From NCBI GenBank assembly GCA_964016885.1, contig OZ024744.1:73594001-73658000 (forward strand): a DNA stretch of 64,000 nt. The letters are read 5' to 3'. The DNA is from Eledone cirrhosa. Its lineage: Eukaryota. The notes beneath the pieces are model-generated. The model did not search any database, had not been told where the DNA came from, and worked only from the letters and a program-made list of their open reading frames with translations. Every line of letters begins with the position of its first letter. Position 1 is the first letter of the stretch. Positions 34,640-47,050 of the stretch are shown here, piece by piece. Both the position numbers and the translations under genes were made by a program.

Positions 34640-36335
34640 GTCAAAGGCTAAAGGGTCATCTCGCCCGGTGATTTTGGATGGCCATTGACTCTTAAGAGCT
34701 CCTTAGAAGGAAAACACTGATATAACACCTGCAAACATGATGGTATCCAATGATGTTGACTTGTGCTTCTTTTTGGTAAATAGCATCTTGGTTAAGAGAG
34801 TGGGACTGGCTTTGTGCAGTGCCTTTGCTCACTATAAAAGCTTCACGGCACAGGCATTGCTTTATATCTGGAGATCTCTCTGCACTTGTCGTCACATGGT
34901 ACCATGAGCCCAGCACTATGTGTCAATAATTGTCACAAGTGTAGTGTTTGTACCAGAGTTTTCAAGTCGCTGGCTGGACTTAAAAGTCACACTCGTTCAG
35001 CGCATCGGTGGGGGTTCTCCTACATGGATATAAAGTAGTGGCCGTACTCGAAAACGAGTTGGCAGGCACCATGTATGTATGTATGTATGTATGTATGTAT
35101 GTATGTATGTATGTATGTATGTATGTATGTATGTATGTATGTATGTATGTGTATGTGTATGTATGTATATGTATATATGTATGTATGTATGTATCTATAT
35201 ATGTTTGTATATATGTATGTTCGTACTACTGGTAACATGTATCCCAGTACAACCTGTCTGATGGTCGGGTCGTTGGCGACTAAACTGGCAACCCCACCAA
35301 GGTTTCTTGGTGAGGAGGGTGACTTTGGACATCCTGCAGGACTAAAATCAAAACCTGTCAAATGGCAAAGGAGCTCTTAAGAGTCAATGGCCATCCAAAA
35401 TCACCGGGAGAGATGACCCCTTAGCCTTTGTCAAGGCAGAATTCTAGGAGAAGGAAAACTCTGATATAACACCTGCAAGCCTGATGGTATCCAATGATGT
35501 TGACTTGTTCTTCTTTTTGGTAAATATCATCTTGGTTAAGAGAGTGGGACTGGCTTTGTGCAGTGCCTTTGCTCACTATAAAAGTTTCACGGCACAGGCA
35601 TTGCTTTATATCTGGAGATCTCTCTGCACTTGTCGTCACATAGTACCATGGGCCCAGCACTATGTATCAATAATTGTCACAAGTGTAGTGTTTGTACCAG
35701 AGTTTTCAAGTCGCTGGCTGGACTTAAAAGTCACACTCGTTCAGCGCATCGATAGGGGTTCTCCTACATGGATATAAAGTAGTGGCCTTACTCGAAAATG
35801 AGTTGGCAGCCACCATGTAATATGTATGTATGTGTGTATGTATGTATGTATGTGACAACAACTGGGAGCCTATCTCTCCCAAGTTAAAATAAAAAGTACT
35901 ATTTAGATGGTCGTTGACTCTGCTGATTTCCTCCGTCCTTTGTCAGGTCGTGTATTTCATCCCGAAGGGTGTCCAAATATCCCCCCCCCCCCACACACAC
36001 CAAGCTAGCTTGGTGGGGTTGCCGATTTAGTTGCCGACGACCCGACCATGAGACAGGTTGTACTGGGTTACATGTTACCAGTAGCACGCGAAACTCTGAA
36101 AAATCCGATAATGTGAGCCAGTTCTCCTTTTCGGGTAGTGTTTGCGATGCTCAGAACGTGGGATTGATGAAGTGAAAGGCCTTTCCCCACTTAAGAAACC
36201 TTCAAAGCACAGGCATTGCTTGTTCAGGGTCTGTTACAGGTTTGTGTGACTAGCCGTAGCCTAAAAAAGTGCACCAAACTCTATAACCTGACAAGCAATT
36301 GCAGTACTCTTAGCAGAGTTTGCAGCCATCATGTA
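34640..36335 (+). mobile_element. Three clustered copies of a non-coding retroposon with (ATGT)n tails (34641-35070, 35222-35815, ~35855-36330); first and third are 5'-inverted
   Basis: 34703-35070 matches 35445-35815. 34641-34702 is the reverse complement of 35368-35430. 36005-36088 is the reverse complement of 35222-35300. All end gagtt(g/t)gcag(g/c)ca(c/t)catgta. Confidence 0.75.
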
Positions 36336-36346
36336 TGTATGTATCC

Positions 36347-36379
<33 letters not shown>

Positions 36380-36382
<3 letters not shown>

Positions 36383-37276
36383 TAAAATAATGAATAAACA
36401 AAGAAACAGTTCCTTATATTAAGCAATTCATCATTTTACAATCGTTTCTAGGATATATATGTTAGAGTTGGTATGCATATCCTATAGATCTATCTAAAAA
36501 TTTTACAAACTATCAGAAGGAATATACATACCTACACATATATATGCTGTCTTCAGAAATAATGATATTTGTTTATTGAAAAAAACCAACAAAGATTTAA
36601 TACAATAGGTCTGTTTGGGAACAGGTTTTGAATTGACCAATAGAAAGATAGTGAAGGTCAAGATGGTAAAATAGTAGTAAAAGAACCTTAATTTATGGGT
36701 AGAGGAAGGTAGATTTCAGTTTTGGATGGAAAGAATATTATGAATGAAAAATTATTTTAGGGATGAAAATAGGTCATATGCTGACCTCAGAAATAATTAT
36801 ATTTGTTCATTGAATAAAACCAACAAAGATTTAATATAGTAGGTCTGTTTGGGAACAGGTTTTGAATTGACCAATAGAAAGGTAATAATTGGTCAAATGG
36901 TAAAATAGTAGTAATGGAAGTTTATTTTAGGGTAGAAGAAGGCAGATTTCAGTTTTGAATGGAAGGAGTATGAAGAATGAAAAGGTTATTTTAGGGGTGA
37001 AATTAGGTCAGGTCAGTAAAAGGTACACGAGAAGTTGCTGTTATAAAAGAATAATGCCAATGTAAATATCTAAGGAGACTAAAATTTTACGATAAAAGTG
37101 TTAGTGAAAAAAATATATATGGAATTTACATCTATGAAAAGAATATAAATTAATTTAATTGATGGGTATATTTATATTGATAAAATTATATTAATGCATA
37201 TAGATATGATAAATAAGAGTTAGATGTAATTGAAGAGTGCTGTTAAAGACGAGGGGAAATTAAAAAAATATAAAAA

Positions 37277-37335
<59 letters not shown>

Positions 37336-38060
37336 TTGGGGGGGGGGGGGGTTAAATTTATTAGTGAGAAATAATAAATATATAGAGATTTCAAGGAACA
37401 TAGAATCATAACCTGAAATTAAAACATTATATATGTTTACGGTATCAATTTTAGGAAAAGATAGTTGTAAGAAGGAAAGTAAAATTATGTAGTTCATCAG
37501 TAGTAGAATATTAATTATAGGTTAACTAAATAAAAAAAAAATGTTTATATTAATTTCTAAAATGTATATTAATTAGGTTCATAATATTTAAAGTTTTTTC
37601 TCAGTTTATGATTACACGATATTATTAATTCCTGTCGCTTATTTAATAGGATATCCTTAGATTTCATTATTTCAAAAAGTTCTTGGGAACACAATCTACA
37701 TTCATATCTATTATTTTGATAAGGGGTGGCTTTTTTGAGTACACTCCAGGTCAGGTCATAATCTATATTCCTCTTTCTATAATCATTAATTATTTCAGCT
37801 AGAGATGTATTAGCTAATGCGGCATTTTTAAAACTATGTTTGTGGGTATTAAATCTTACTTTAAATTGGTTAGAGGTAGCTCCTATATATGAATAAATTG
37901 AGTCCTTAGTGTTAACTTTACATTTATATACTATGTTATTAACAAGGCAATTTCCTTTTAATGGGCAGTTTGCTTTGTTTCTACAGTTACAACTTTTCGT
38001 GAATCCTGTATCAGAGGAGATATTATGGTTAGTTTGATGTACTGGTGGTATACTCATGGT
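36380..38060 (-). mobile_element. 5'-truncated Penelope-like element A (GIY-YIG end, ~1-kb UTR, hammerhead)
   Basis: GIY-YIG ORF 37569-38069; hammerhead at 36434-36560 on the same strand; ~234-bp internal tandem duplication (36554 and 36788). Confidence 0.8.
36434..36560 (-). ncRNA. Type I hammerhead with ~100-nt extended helix II
   Basis: AUUU-CUGAAGA-[..AUAUAUAUG..GGUAUGUAUAUUCC...GGAUAUGCAUACC..CAUAUAUAU..]-GAAA-CGAUUG-UA/AAAU; truncated relative at ~1503-1640. Confidence 0.6.
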
Positions 38061-38069
38061 TTTGTACAT
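37569..38069 (-). CDS. C-terminal GIY-YIG endonuclease domain of a Penelope-like retroelement (5'-truncated; the ORF start is an artefact of the (CATA)n tract)
   Basis: CNCRNKANCPLKGNCL, IVY...YIGAT...FKVRFNTHKHSF, CRLC..E, LLNKRQELIISCNHK. Confidence 0.85.
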   Translation of the reverse strand: MYKTMSIPPVHQTNHNISSDTGFTKSCNCRNKANCPLKGNCLVNNIVYKCKVNTKDSIYSYIGATSNQFKVRFNTHKHSFKNAALANTSLAEIINDYRKRNIDYDLTWSVLKKATPYQNNRYECRLCSQELFEIMKSKDILLNKRQELIISCNHKLRKNFKYYEPN

Positions 38070-38239
38070 GTATGTATGTATGTATGTATGTATGTATGTA
38101 TGTATGTATGTATGTATGTATGTATGTATGTATGTATGTATGTATGTATGTATGTATGTATGTATGTATGAATATATGTTAATGTGTATATATATATATA
38201 TAGATAATAATAATAATATTATTTATACTTATATATACA

Positions 38240-39780
38240 CTATATATAATTATAAACAGGAAAGGTCAGTAATTCATTACTACCTTATTACCAGTAAGAA
38301 AAATAACTCAATGTAAATACGTCAGATGTTTTATAGAGCAGGAATATAAGTTACAGAATAATCAAAACTGTGTTCAAAACATCTCATTGCTGACAATCGT
38401 TTCTTCCAAACTTTCGTTTGGTGTCATCGAAGCACTAGGAAAGTTTAGCCATATAATTAACTTCCTATTCCACAGAACAATCGTAAAGATACATAGATAT
38501 TACTGTTGTCATTAACAGTGTCATATTTACAGAGTGGAGATGATGTGGTCAGTATCAGTGGATGCGACAAAGATTATAAAAGAATAATATAACAATTATA
38601 AAGGAATTAAAGCAGAAAGTTACTCGCAAAACGAGGACATTAGCAGTACATATGCAAGCGTATAGAAAGAGTGCAAATGTGTTAGGCATGTACAGAATAA
38701 CCCGGTAGGAAACAAGCAATGGTACTCGGCATATATATCTCACAGTATGGCAAAGGTATCACATAATACAATGCAGGTTTAAAAGCATATTAAGCAGACA
38801 GAGATGCTTGGGTATGAAAAGCAGTTTCTATGAAGTTTATGGTGGATGTAATGTGATAATTGTTCCGGTAATGTTCAAATATACATGTGTTGTGAGTATT
38901 AATATTAAGGTTTTCCTTTCCATTACAGTGGTTATATTTTAGTAGCTACAGCTGTGGATTGTATATTGGTCCTATTACAATCTTATCCAGGGTTCGAGTT
39001 GTTCTAGAGTGATCTGTCTAACGGTTTAATTTCAAGAAGTGAATTTGAGATCTATATTAAGGGGAGCTAATGCGAAAGGGGGGGGGGGGCAATTGGCGGT
39101 TAATTTGTATATAATAGAAAAAGTGTATAGTTGTTTACAGCTCCTATTAGTTAAATTCCATGTGTTAATATACAAAGTATTATATTATAAGTGAATCCTT
39201 ATATATAATGCTATGTATTTATATATTTAATTTTAAATACAATCTAAAGGTCTCATTTTATTACTATCTACCCATATATTAATTAAATGAATAAAATATT
39301 AGTAAGCTAGAGTAGTTATATTAACTGATGGTAACTTTATGTTTATTCCTAATAGTTATTGTAGAGTCTAAGATTTGAGATAAATAGGAGGTAAGTAGAG
39401 GAATGAGCTGTTTATAGAATGTGATGCTGTGGGGGTAATTATATGCTGATAAGACCTAGAGGTAAAGTGTTATGATGGTGAGGAATCCAGATCTGACATT
39501 GTTATATACTAGCAGTTAGGTTTAAAGTTGTAGAAAAAGTGTCGATGGTAGTGTTGGCACATGGAAGAAATTTCCGATTTTCTATTTAAGAGGTTTAACT
39601 TAGAATAGATTATAATGCGGGTCTCTAGAAGACAGAGGTTACATAATTTATTCGGTGGTTTATACGATGCGGCCTTATCTATTAGTTCCCATTGAAGTAT
39701 GGTCTATTCTTAGTGTTCAGATAGTGTATGTAGTTAGATAAAGAAGTGAAGTTGACTAGATTTATATCTCCATAGTTAAT
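38240..39780 (-). mobile_element. 5'-truncated Penelope-like element B (GIY-YIG C-terminal remnant 39509-39760, UTR, variant hammerhead 38388-38434)
   Basis: Manual translation TSLSNYIHYL /frameshift/ WELIDKAASYKPPNKLCNLCLLETRIIIYSKLNLLNRKSEISSMCQH aligns with the end of the 37569 ORF. Hammerhead reads UGCU-UCGAUGA-CACCAAAC GAAA GUUUGG AA-GAAA-CGAUUG-UC/AGCA. Confidence 0.75.
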
Positions 39781-39844
39781 TCATTTGGCAATCAATGTTT
39801 ATCATTGATTGACCAACGGTTAAAAATACAGTTATAAATATATA

Positions 39845-41182
39845 CTAGTTGGCCGTCCCGCTGGCGCCGGGCTAGGTGTACCGGCATTTTATCTTTTCAG
39901 GAATCCCCCTACACTCCAGTGCAAAGATACTGCACGCCCTCTCAAGTCAGCGAAGGGGGTGGGGTTAACGTGCTCTGATGTTGGGTTTGAACAGTTTTTA
40001 GGATTCCCCTGTTCAGCAGCCAGTACGTTAAAGAAAATTGATAGTTACAACAATAAAGGCTGAACAGAGAACACATTTTTTAACAAACAATAATTTGTAC
40101 AACCATAATGGAAATTCCAAGTAACAGAAAATATTTAAATTACTTTGTTAGAGCCTCAGAGTATACAATATTTTTGTTCGGCCCTCCTGAGCAAAGATAA
40201 AGAGATTGTTTGGCCAGCTCACCTTAGAGCATCCTACATACAATTGAGTTCGTCTCGCGGAGAAGCTCTGTAGACGTTGACCTCTGAACACACCTGTCAG
40301 GAGCAGGTAAGCTGTAGTGACTTAGAGGCCTACCACCAAACCCCAGGACACTGTTTTCAAGACAAATGAGCGCCTCATTGAAAACGACATAGTATGTTAC
40401 GTTTGGATTGTGTCTGCGTGTGCGGTGGAGGATGTCCTCAGCTAGTCTTTCACGGTGGTTATTCCACAGTGCGAGAGGGTCGGCGAGAATTCAGTTGTGC
40501 AGCATAGTAGCAAAAGGTGTTCGCAGTTAAGAAGGGACTTTAGAAGCTGCTGCTTCTTGCAGGGAGAGGTGCCAATTACTGTCATTATGTAACATACCAC
40601 GCATCTGGCAAGCCAAACGGAAAATGGAACATTGATGGCCATTGATGGTTCTCAGATCTTGGAAAGACTGTGGTTCTCTAACCTCGAACTGTAACAATGA
40701 CGATAAGCCGTCTGCGCTTTCGTGATATAAATACATTTTTGTTTTTCTGTATGCAAAAATATCTATACAGGAATATATATATTAAAATAACAGATTAAAG
40801 TTTAAGCAAAGAATCGCTGCTTCTACCCTTTACTAAAAAAATCCGTCTGTGAACGCAGATGTAAATATTTCGAAAAACGTTATCTAATGCTCTGTATCTA
40901 TCTAAAAAGACGGACTAAGAAAAAGAGGGGAATGTTTTGCGACGTCAGAAGATAAAGTGAGGAATGGCTTATAACCGGAAGTGTTGACATTTAAAATTTT
41001 AAAGAAGTGAATATTTAAATAACGTCATTAATCTTTTAACAAAATTCAGTAGACGAAAATACCCTCATTATTTTTTTTTACTTGGAAAAAATTATATTCT
41101 GGTCCAAATTTGGTGTTGTTTGGTCCAGTCGTTTGGCGGAAAGATTGTTACCTACGGAAGGCCGTCATCTTTATAGTATAGA
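39845..41182 (-). mobile_element. Internally deleted Helitron with both termini and a RepHel remnant (~40200-40700)
   Basis: 5' TCTATACTATAAAG at 41182; 3' hairpin CCCG-GCGCCAG-CGGG, 8 nt, then CTAG at 39845; A|T target. Internal SFQDLRTING...ACQMRGML..D..W...L.EAA and LWNNHRERLAEDILHR...FNEAL are RepHel-like. Confidence 0.8.
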
Positions 41183-41235
41183 TATATATATAGCCTATCA
41201 AAGTTCTTCCGTCGCATATATATATATATATATAT

Positions 41236-41655
41236 ATAAGATCAAAAGATGGTTAAAATAGTTCCATGTATTTTATTATGCGCATTTCATAAACAAATAT
41301 CATCATGCAATAACATTTGTGTTTTCATCAGATAAAATAGGAAGACATGATATGAAGGTTAAAAAACACTTGTGGATAGTGCAGTTTTAAACTGCACTAT
41401 CCACAAATGTTTTTTAACCTTCATATCATGTCTTCCTATTTTATCTGATGATAGGAAGACATTTTATCTGATGAAAATACAAATGTTATTGCATGATGAT
41501 ATTTGTTTCTGAAATGCGCATAATGAAATACATGGAACTCTTTTAACCGTCTTTTGATCTTATATATTATGTATACTCCAGTCCTACAAACTGTAGAGTG
41601 CTTCTTATCCGATATCTGCATTGCTTTATTGTACTACAATAAAACTCACCTCCTA
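41236..41655. mobile_element. Family X inverted-pair insertion with hammerheads at 41269-41339 (-) and ~41461-41530 (+)
   Basis: Arms meet at gtgcagttttaaactgcac (~41380-41398); CUGAUGA cores; right end CTCACCTCCTA-(TA)n. Confidence 0.8.
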
Positions 41656-41671
41656 TATATATATATATATA

Positions 41672-41742
41672 TATACTATAAAGCTGACGGCCTTATGTAG
41701 GTAACAATCTTTCCGCCAAACGACTGGACCAAACAACACCAG
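41672..41742 (+). mobile_element. Isolated Helitron 5'-end fragment
   Basis: tatactataaagctgacggccttatgtaggtaacaatctttccgccaaacgactggacc matches the 41182 terminus. Confidence 0.7.
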
Positions 41743-41914
41743 TATTTTAAACTTTATTTTATTCTGAGTTAAGGCTCTATTGATTTTTCCCTGGATTTCA
41801 CCAAATTCTGTGGATGAATCTATATCCTGAATATTTTTGAATTGAGTTTGAATTATTTTCCCACATCTTACGTTAACTATTTTTCCATTTTGACGCTGCT
41901 GATTATCGTGAATC

Positions 41915-43150
41915 CTGGAGACGGGGTTGGCTATCACATCTATACAGTGTGACCTGAGATCATTTAAAAACTGGCCCTGTTTCCAGGGCATGCCCAGTCC
42001 ACGTACATTCAAACATCCAACTTGTATAGTCGCCATGTTGGTGAAGAAGTGTTAGGGAGGACGGGTTGTTCGATCTCCATGTCCAGATTAGGGGTATTTG
42101 GGGACGGAGGGAATCCTTTTAACAGGACACCACTAAGGGTTTTTTAGCATCATGTGGGAAGTTCCCTTCTATTGTTTCGTAATGTAGGGTTGTTATCCTG
42201 ATTAGTTTGAGGTTTGGAGATGGATTGTTGGTGGGGAAGGTTTTCCCTTCCGTTTGGATTGTGGGGTCCTTTCGGACAGTTTCCACCAGTTCTTTGTTTG
42301 TTGTTTTTATGAATGTGTAATGTGTTTTGTTTTTTATGTGTACTGTTTCTGTTTGTAGTTTTCTTTTTGTGGTTGGGGTTTGTGATTGTGGTGGTGTGGG
42401 TGTTTGTTTTGTTAGTGAAGTGTCTGGTTGTGATATTGGTGATTGTGTTGTTGGTGTGGTCGTTGTTTGTGGCGGTATGTTTATGGTGGTGTTGGGTGTG
42501 TGCGCGTTTTCTGTAGATGGTTTTCTTTTTGTGGGTTTTTTTCTGTCTCTTTTTTATTTTTTAGATCTTTGCAGTCCCTCTTCATCCTCACTTGGAGATG
42601 TAGAGGTTCCCGTGTCTGAGACTTTTGAATCAGGGGTAGATGGGAGGGGTATGTTGTGCGGTGGAGTGTTTATGCAGGTGTTTGTGGAAGTATCTTTTAG
42701 AGAGAAAGGAGGCAATGGAGTATTTTTCGATGGCTAGTAGATGGCGAGTCGATGGCCGCCAGTCTAACCAATGTATATGGCCGCTCATAGGGTGCACCGG
42801 AGGCCATTGACGAGACTTGTGGAGGTGAAGCGGAAAGAGTCATTAGCATGAACGATACCACTGTTAGGTCCGATGAGGGTGATGGTGTGGGTTATGAAGC
42901 TGCATGTATGGTAGCAGAATCGGGAGCAGGGATGGGATTAAGAAGAGGAGTTTTAAGGAAGGAGAGAATTGCAGACGAGAAGGTTTCTAATATTGCGTGC
43001 AGGTTTAAAACAGAAGAGAAGGGGAGTTGGAAATGGGAGAGTTGGAGAGATCCGACTGGAGACGGTGGATGACGTCTTCTGGGGGAGAAAGATGGAAGGC
43101 TGGTAGGTAAAAGGAAATGGTAGCCAGATGGTAATGCTCTCAGGGGTGTC
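41915..43150 (-). pseudogene. L1/Tx1-like fragment: ORF1 tail and start of the APE endonuclease
   Basis: MATIQVGCLNVRGLGMPWKQGQFLNDLRSHCIDVIA parallels MAVLRIGSINARGLGSSWKQGHLLNDLRSLNIDVVA at 51149; upstream Thr/Pro/Lys-rich region is ORF1-like. Confidence 0.7.
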
Positions 43151-43353
43151 GGTATAGTGATGTAAGGGTTGAAGTGTATATATATATATAATTATTAAGG
43201 CCAGTTACTTCAACGGTGCCATACCAGGTACGTACGTTTCGTTAGCTCTAAGGACTTGTTCAACCTATTTTTACCTACCTATTTACTACAAGACTATATA
43301 TACATACACATGCGCGCACACACACACATGCACACAAACACACACACACAAGC

Positions 43354-43397
<44 letters not shown>

Positions 43398-44416
43398 ACA
43401 CACACTCACACACACTCAAACACATATATATATATATACATACATATAGAATTGAGAAAACTCATTGCTAAAACAGCCGCTAAATCAGCTAAATGCTGTC
43501 AGAGACAGTGTTGGGCAAAAATATCTCAGAGGACAGAGTCCAGCGACCAGTGGTCAACAGAGAGACAATCCATAAGGTATGTGACTGGTAGATAAAATAT
43601 AGAAAATATTGAATGGGGAGGGGGACAAGGAGATGTGCGCTGAGGCACAGAAGTGACTGAAAGAAGGGAATAAAGAAAGGCGATGTACAAGACAAGTTTA
43701 CATACACACATCTTTACCCTCATCAGCTCTCAAATCAGCAAAATGGTTTCGCGCAATTTAATTGGGAGTACTATTCTAAAATGCTGGATCGTGCAACAGA
43801 AAAATAAATATTTCTGCTGCAATGAACTGTGTGTGTGATAACATCACAAATCGAAGGACGAAAGAAAACAAAGAAAAGAAGATAAACTTTTTTAATAACG
43901 TCTTTAGCCTTCCTTAAATTTTAATGTTTTCCAAAAATATTTGAATGTTATTGTTTACGTTCTTCGCTATTTTTTTTCTCACTGGAACATTAAAAGTTGT
44001 AAAATATTTATTTGTATTTAATTGATTCTGAGGAGTTATTCTTGCAGGAATGGAAATCCATTATTGTTAGTCTCACGAAACGTTTGTAAATCAATTAAAT
44101 GCTTTAGTAATAAACCTTGTTTAATCTTCTATTTTTATATATATGCAATGTGAGATTATAACACTACTGTGAGATTATAACACTACTGTGATTGGAAATT
44201 TACCCATTGGATTAAACTCTGAACTGTTTATTACCTATCTTGTTGTGGACCATAAAATCATGTTGAGGTTTACCATTTTCTTTGCCTTTATATGGTTGTA
44301 TTATCAACTCACTTAAGCTTGTTTATATATATATACAATGGCGAGAAGCCGCTATCTTGCAGATAGCATATTTGTCTTGCTATATAAATGTATTTATATA
44401 GAGAGGCATAGATAGA

Positions 44417-44553
<137 letters not shown>

Positions 44554-44789
44554 GAGTGGGAAAGAATGATGTGTAGACAGATAAGGAAGATAGAAGCGTT
44601 GATCAAAATGACAGAATGCACAATGGTTAGAACTAACTAACCACTAAATCAAATTCATTGCTTCAATTTAACACTAAACTACATTTGTTTATTACATTCA
44701 ATTAAATACGTTGCGTGCTATTTACACATAATTCTAAAGGAAAAATATTTATTTAGATATTGGTTGATTAAACCATTATGTGAAAGTGA

Positions 44790-45125
44790 GCCAAAGCTAG
44801 ATCAAAACAAAATCTATCAACTCCACGTACCGGTCGCTCTCCGACGGGTTTGCAGTCGTGTCCTTGGCAGTGGAGACTTCTTTTGTCCTTGGCCTTAGGG
44901 CTACCTTCCCACTTACCACCATAGGCGCTGATCTGGCCAGCCGCAGGCTCTTCCAGCCCATCTCCCTTACCATCCTCCGGGGAAACGCCTTCTGCATTCT
45001 GTCCGCCGGGGCTGTGGGGCGGCTAGTATGTGGGACTCTATTTGCTCATAATACAGAGAGATGGGGAGGGCGAGAGAGATGGAAGCGATGACTGTGCGAG
45101 TTCGGCTCTTCCGTGTTCGGACACA
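44790..45125 (+). mobile_element. CRE-like retrotransposon 3' fragment
   Basis: LAVETSFVLG...LFQPISLTILRGNAFCILSAG; homologous to 9600-9900. Confidence 0.55.
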
Positions 45126-45999
45126 TTGCATCTGTTATGTGGATCTTGGTATTTTTCTAGAAATCTGTAGTGAGCAGATATGTTTCACGAAAAAGTGTCT
45201 CTTTGTAAGCTAACAGGCGGGAAATTGTAATGTTGTGTGATGAAACTAACAACATCGATCATGAAGTTTACAATTTTCAGTTTGCATAGAATAATAGGGA
45301 AATGTCTATTCAACTCCACTTTCTGTATTCGGTGTACTGCGTAGTTGAAGGTTTCGTCTGCCATTTTTGGTTTTTGTGATTGTGTTCTTGGCTCTTGTTC
45401 ACGATGCTATTCTTGTTTCTGCTTCTGTTATTGCTGTTATTAGCGTGTTTTGTTATGGTATTTTTGTCTCTTGCCGTTGTTTGTGGCGATCACTGTTGCG
45501 GTTGATTTTGATTTTTTTTTTTCTCTTGTGTTTGTTTTCTCTTGCTTCCCTGTAGCCGCTGTGGTTTTCGTTATACAGCATGTTCACTTTTTTCGCGAAA
45601 ATGCATTCGTGAACGAGACAAGTAAAGCAAATTCGCGTATTTCAAGCCTAATTTTCTGATAAATAAAAAAAAAAAAAAAAATTAAAAACCACACGCGTTA
45701 TAACACGTTATTCGCGCAAAGAGAATATTGAATAATATTTTTTCAGGACGCGTTGAAGCGAATTCGCGTATTTCAAGTTCGCGTAAAAAGCAAACAGAAT
45801 GTAGTTGTAACAATTACTGCTTTTGTCTGTGAGACGGTTGTGCTTATTGCTGGTGGAGCGATAATTATTGAAGTTCTTTTTGTCTTGTGTTGTTTGCCTC
45901 GACATTGTTGTAGCTTTAATTGTGTTTTTTTTTTGGGGGGGGGGGGGAGGGGGGGGTTGAAGCGCTGGTTTCAGTTGGCAAAACTTACCATAAGTGATT

Positions 46000-47050
46000 G
46001 CCTGATCACCAGGCCTGCAGACATGTCGAAGCGTTGTCAATCTCACGACAATTACTGTGTCGAACACGATGCGACCATCGGACGCTGTGCTGAACTCATC
46101 TGCAATATTAGTTTCGATAGTGCCGACTGGCAACACTCTCCGTCAAATTCGGTGAACTCTACCCCCCAGCTACTTCTAAACAATCACTGCCAGCCTACCT
46201 ATCTTCAATCTCATTCAGTGAGGTCCTCCACAATGCAGCAGAACCTGGCGCTGACTGGCAACTAGGATCAGCTCTAACCGATTAGATCGATGAAGGCCAC
46301 GCTGTGCCCGGGCATGCAGATTTCCAATGCTACTGGGATGACATCATGTACAGGTCAACCTTCAAACAGATCGAGTCTTCCTTAGACCAATACCGCCTTT
46401 CCTGCCTCTGTTCTGTCTTCCAGCTGTACAGTCGCACATGGCTCAATTCGGTGCCTTGCTCATTAACCAGTATCATAAGAGTGGCCCAGTACTTCGGTCT
46501 CCGTACGCTTGAGCCGCACAAGTGCCATTGTGGTTCCGTTGTTGACAAGTTCTGTCTGTAACCGCTATCCTGCCACCATAGCGCAGGTCGGTTCCCTCGA
46601 CACGCCGCTCTGAACGCCATAATCAGAAGGAAATTTAACGCAGCCGGCTTCCTGTCACAACCAGAGCTAGCTGGCCTTGGCCATGCTGATGGTAAACGCT
46701 CAGACGGGATAATTCAGTTCCCATTCGAGTGAGGCAAATCCCTAATTTGGGACGTCACGTACAACGACTCGTTTTGCATCACCAACCTTGACCCTTATGC
46801 CGCAGATCCAGGCACCTCTGCCTACAATGTAGAGAAGAGGAAGATACCTAATACAGGTGCTTTACCAATCTCTTCCTGTGTGCATCAGTTGCCGTCGTAC
46901 GCTCTGGTGTCCTCGGTCCTCTCTCTGTTCGGAAGACTGTATCTCTCCTAAGGAAAGTGCTCCTAATTTAGGGTGGCTGTGGCAGCAAGTGTCGCTGGCC
47001 ATTCTCCGCGACAGTACCTATGCCATTCTGTTTGTGGGGGTGAAGCTGAA
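46000..47050 (+). pseudogene. Degenerate CRE-like non-LTR retrotransposon C-terminus (Zn knuckle plus restriction-like endonuclease)
   Basis: WLNSVPCS, HKCHCGSVVD...LSC...AGRFPRHAALNAII, DGKRSDGI..FPF..GKSLIWDVT, then SGVLG and QVSLAILR; multiple stops. Confidence 0.7.

Noticed and set aside
37569-38069. Stand-alone GIY-YIG nuclease or homing endonuclease gene
   Set aside because: The start codon comes from the (CATA)n tract; motifs and the downstream hammerhead indicate a truncated Penelope-like ORF.
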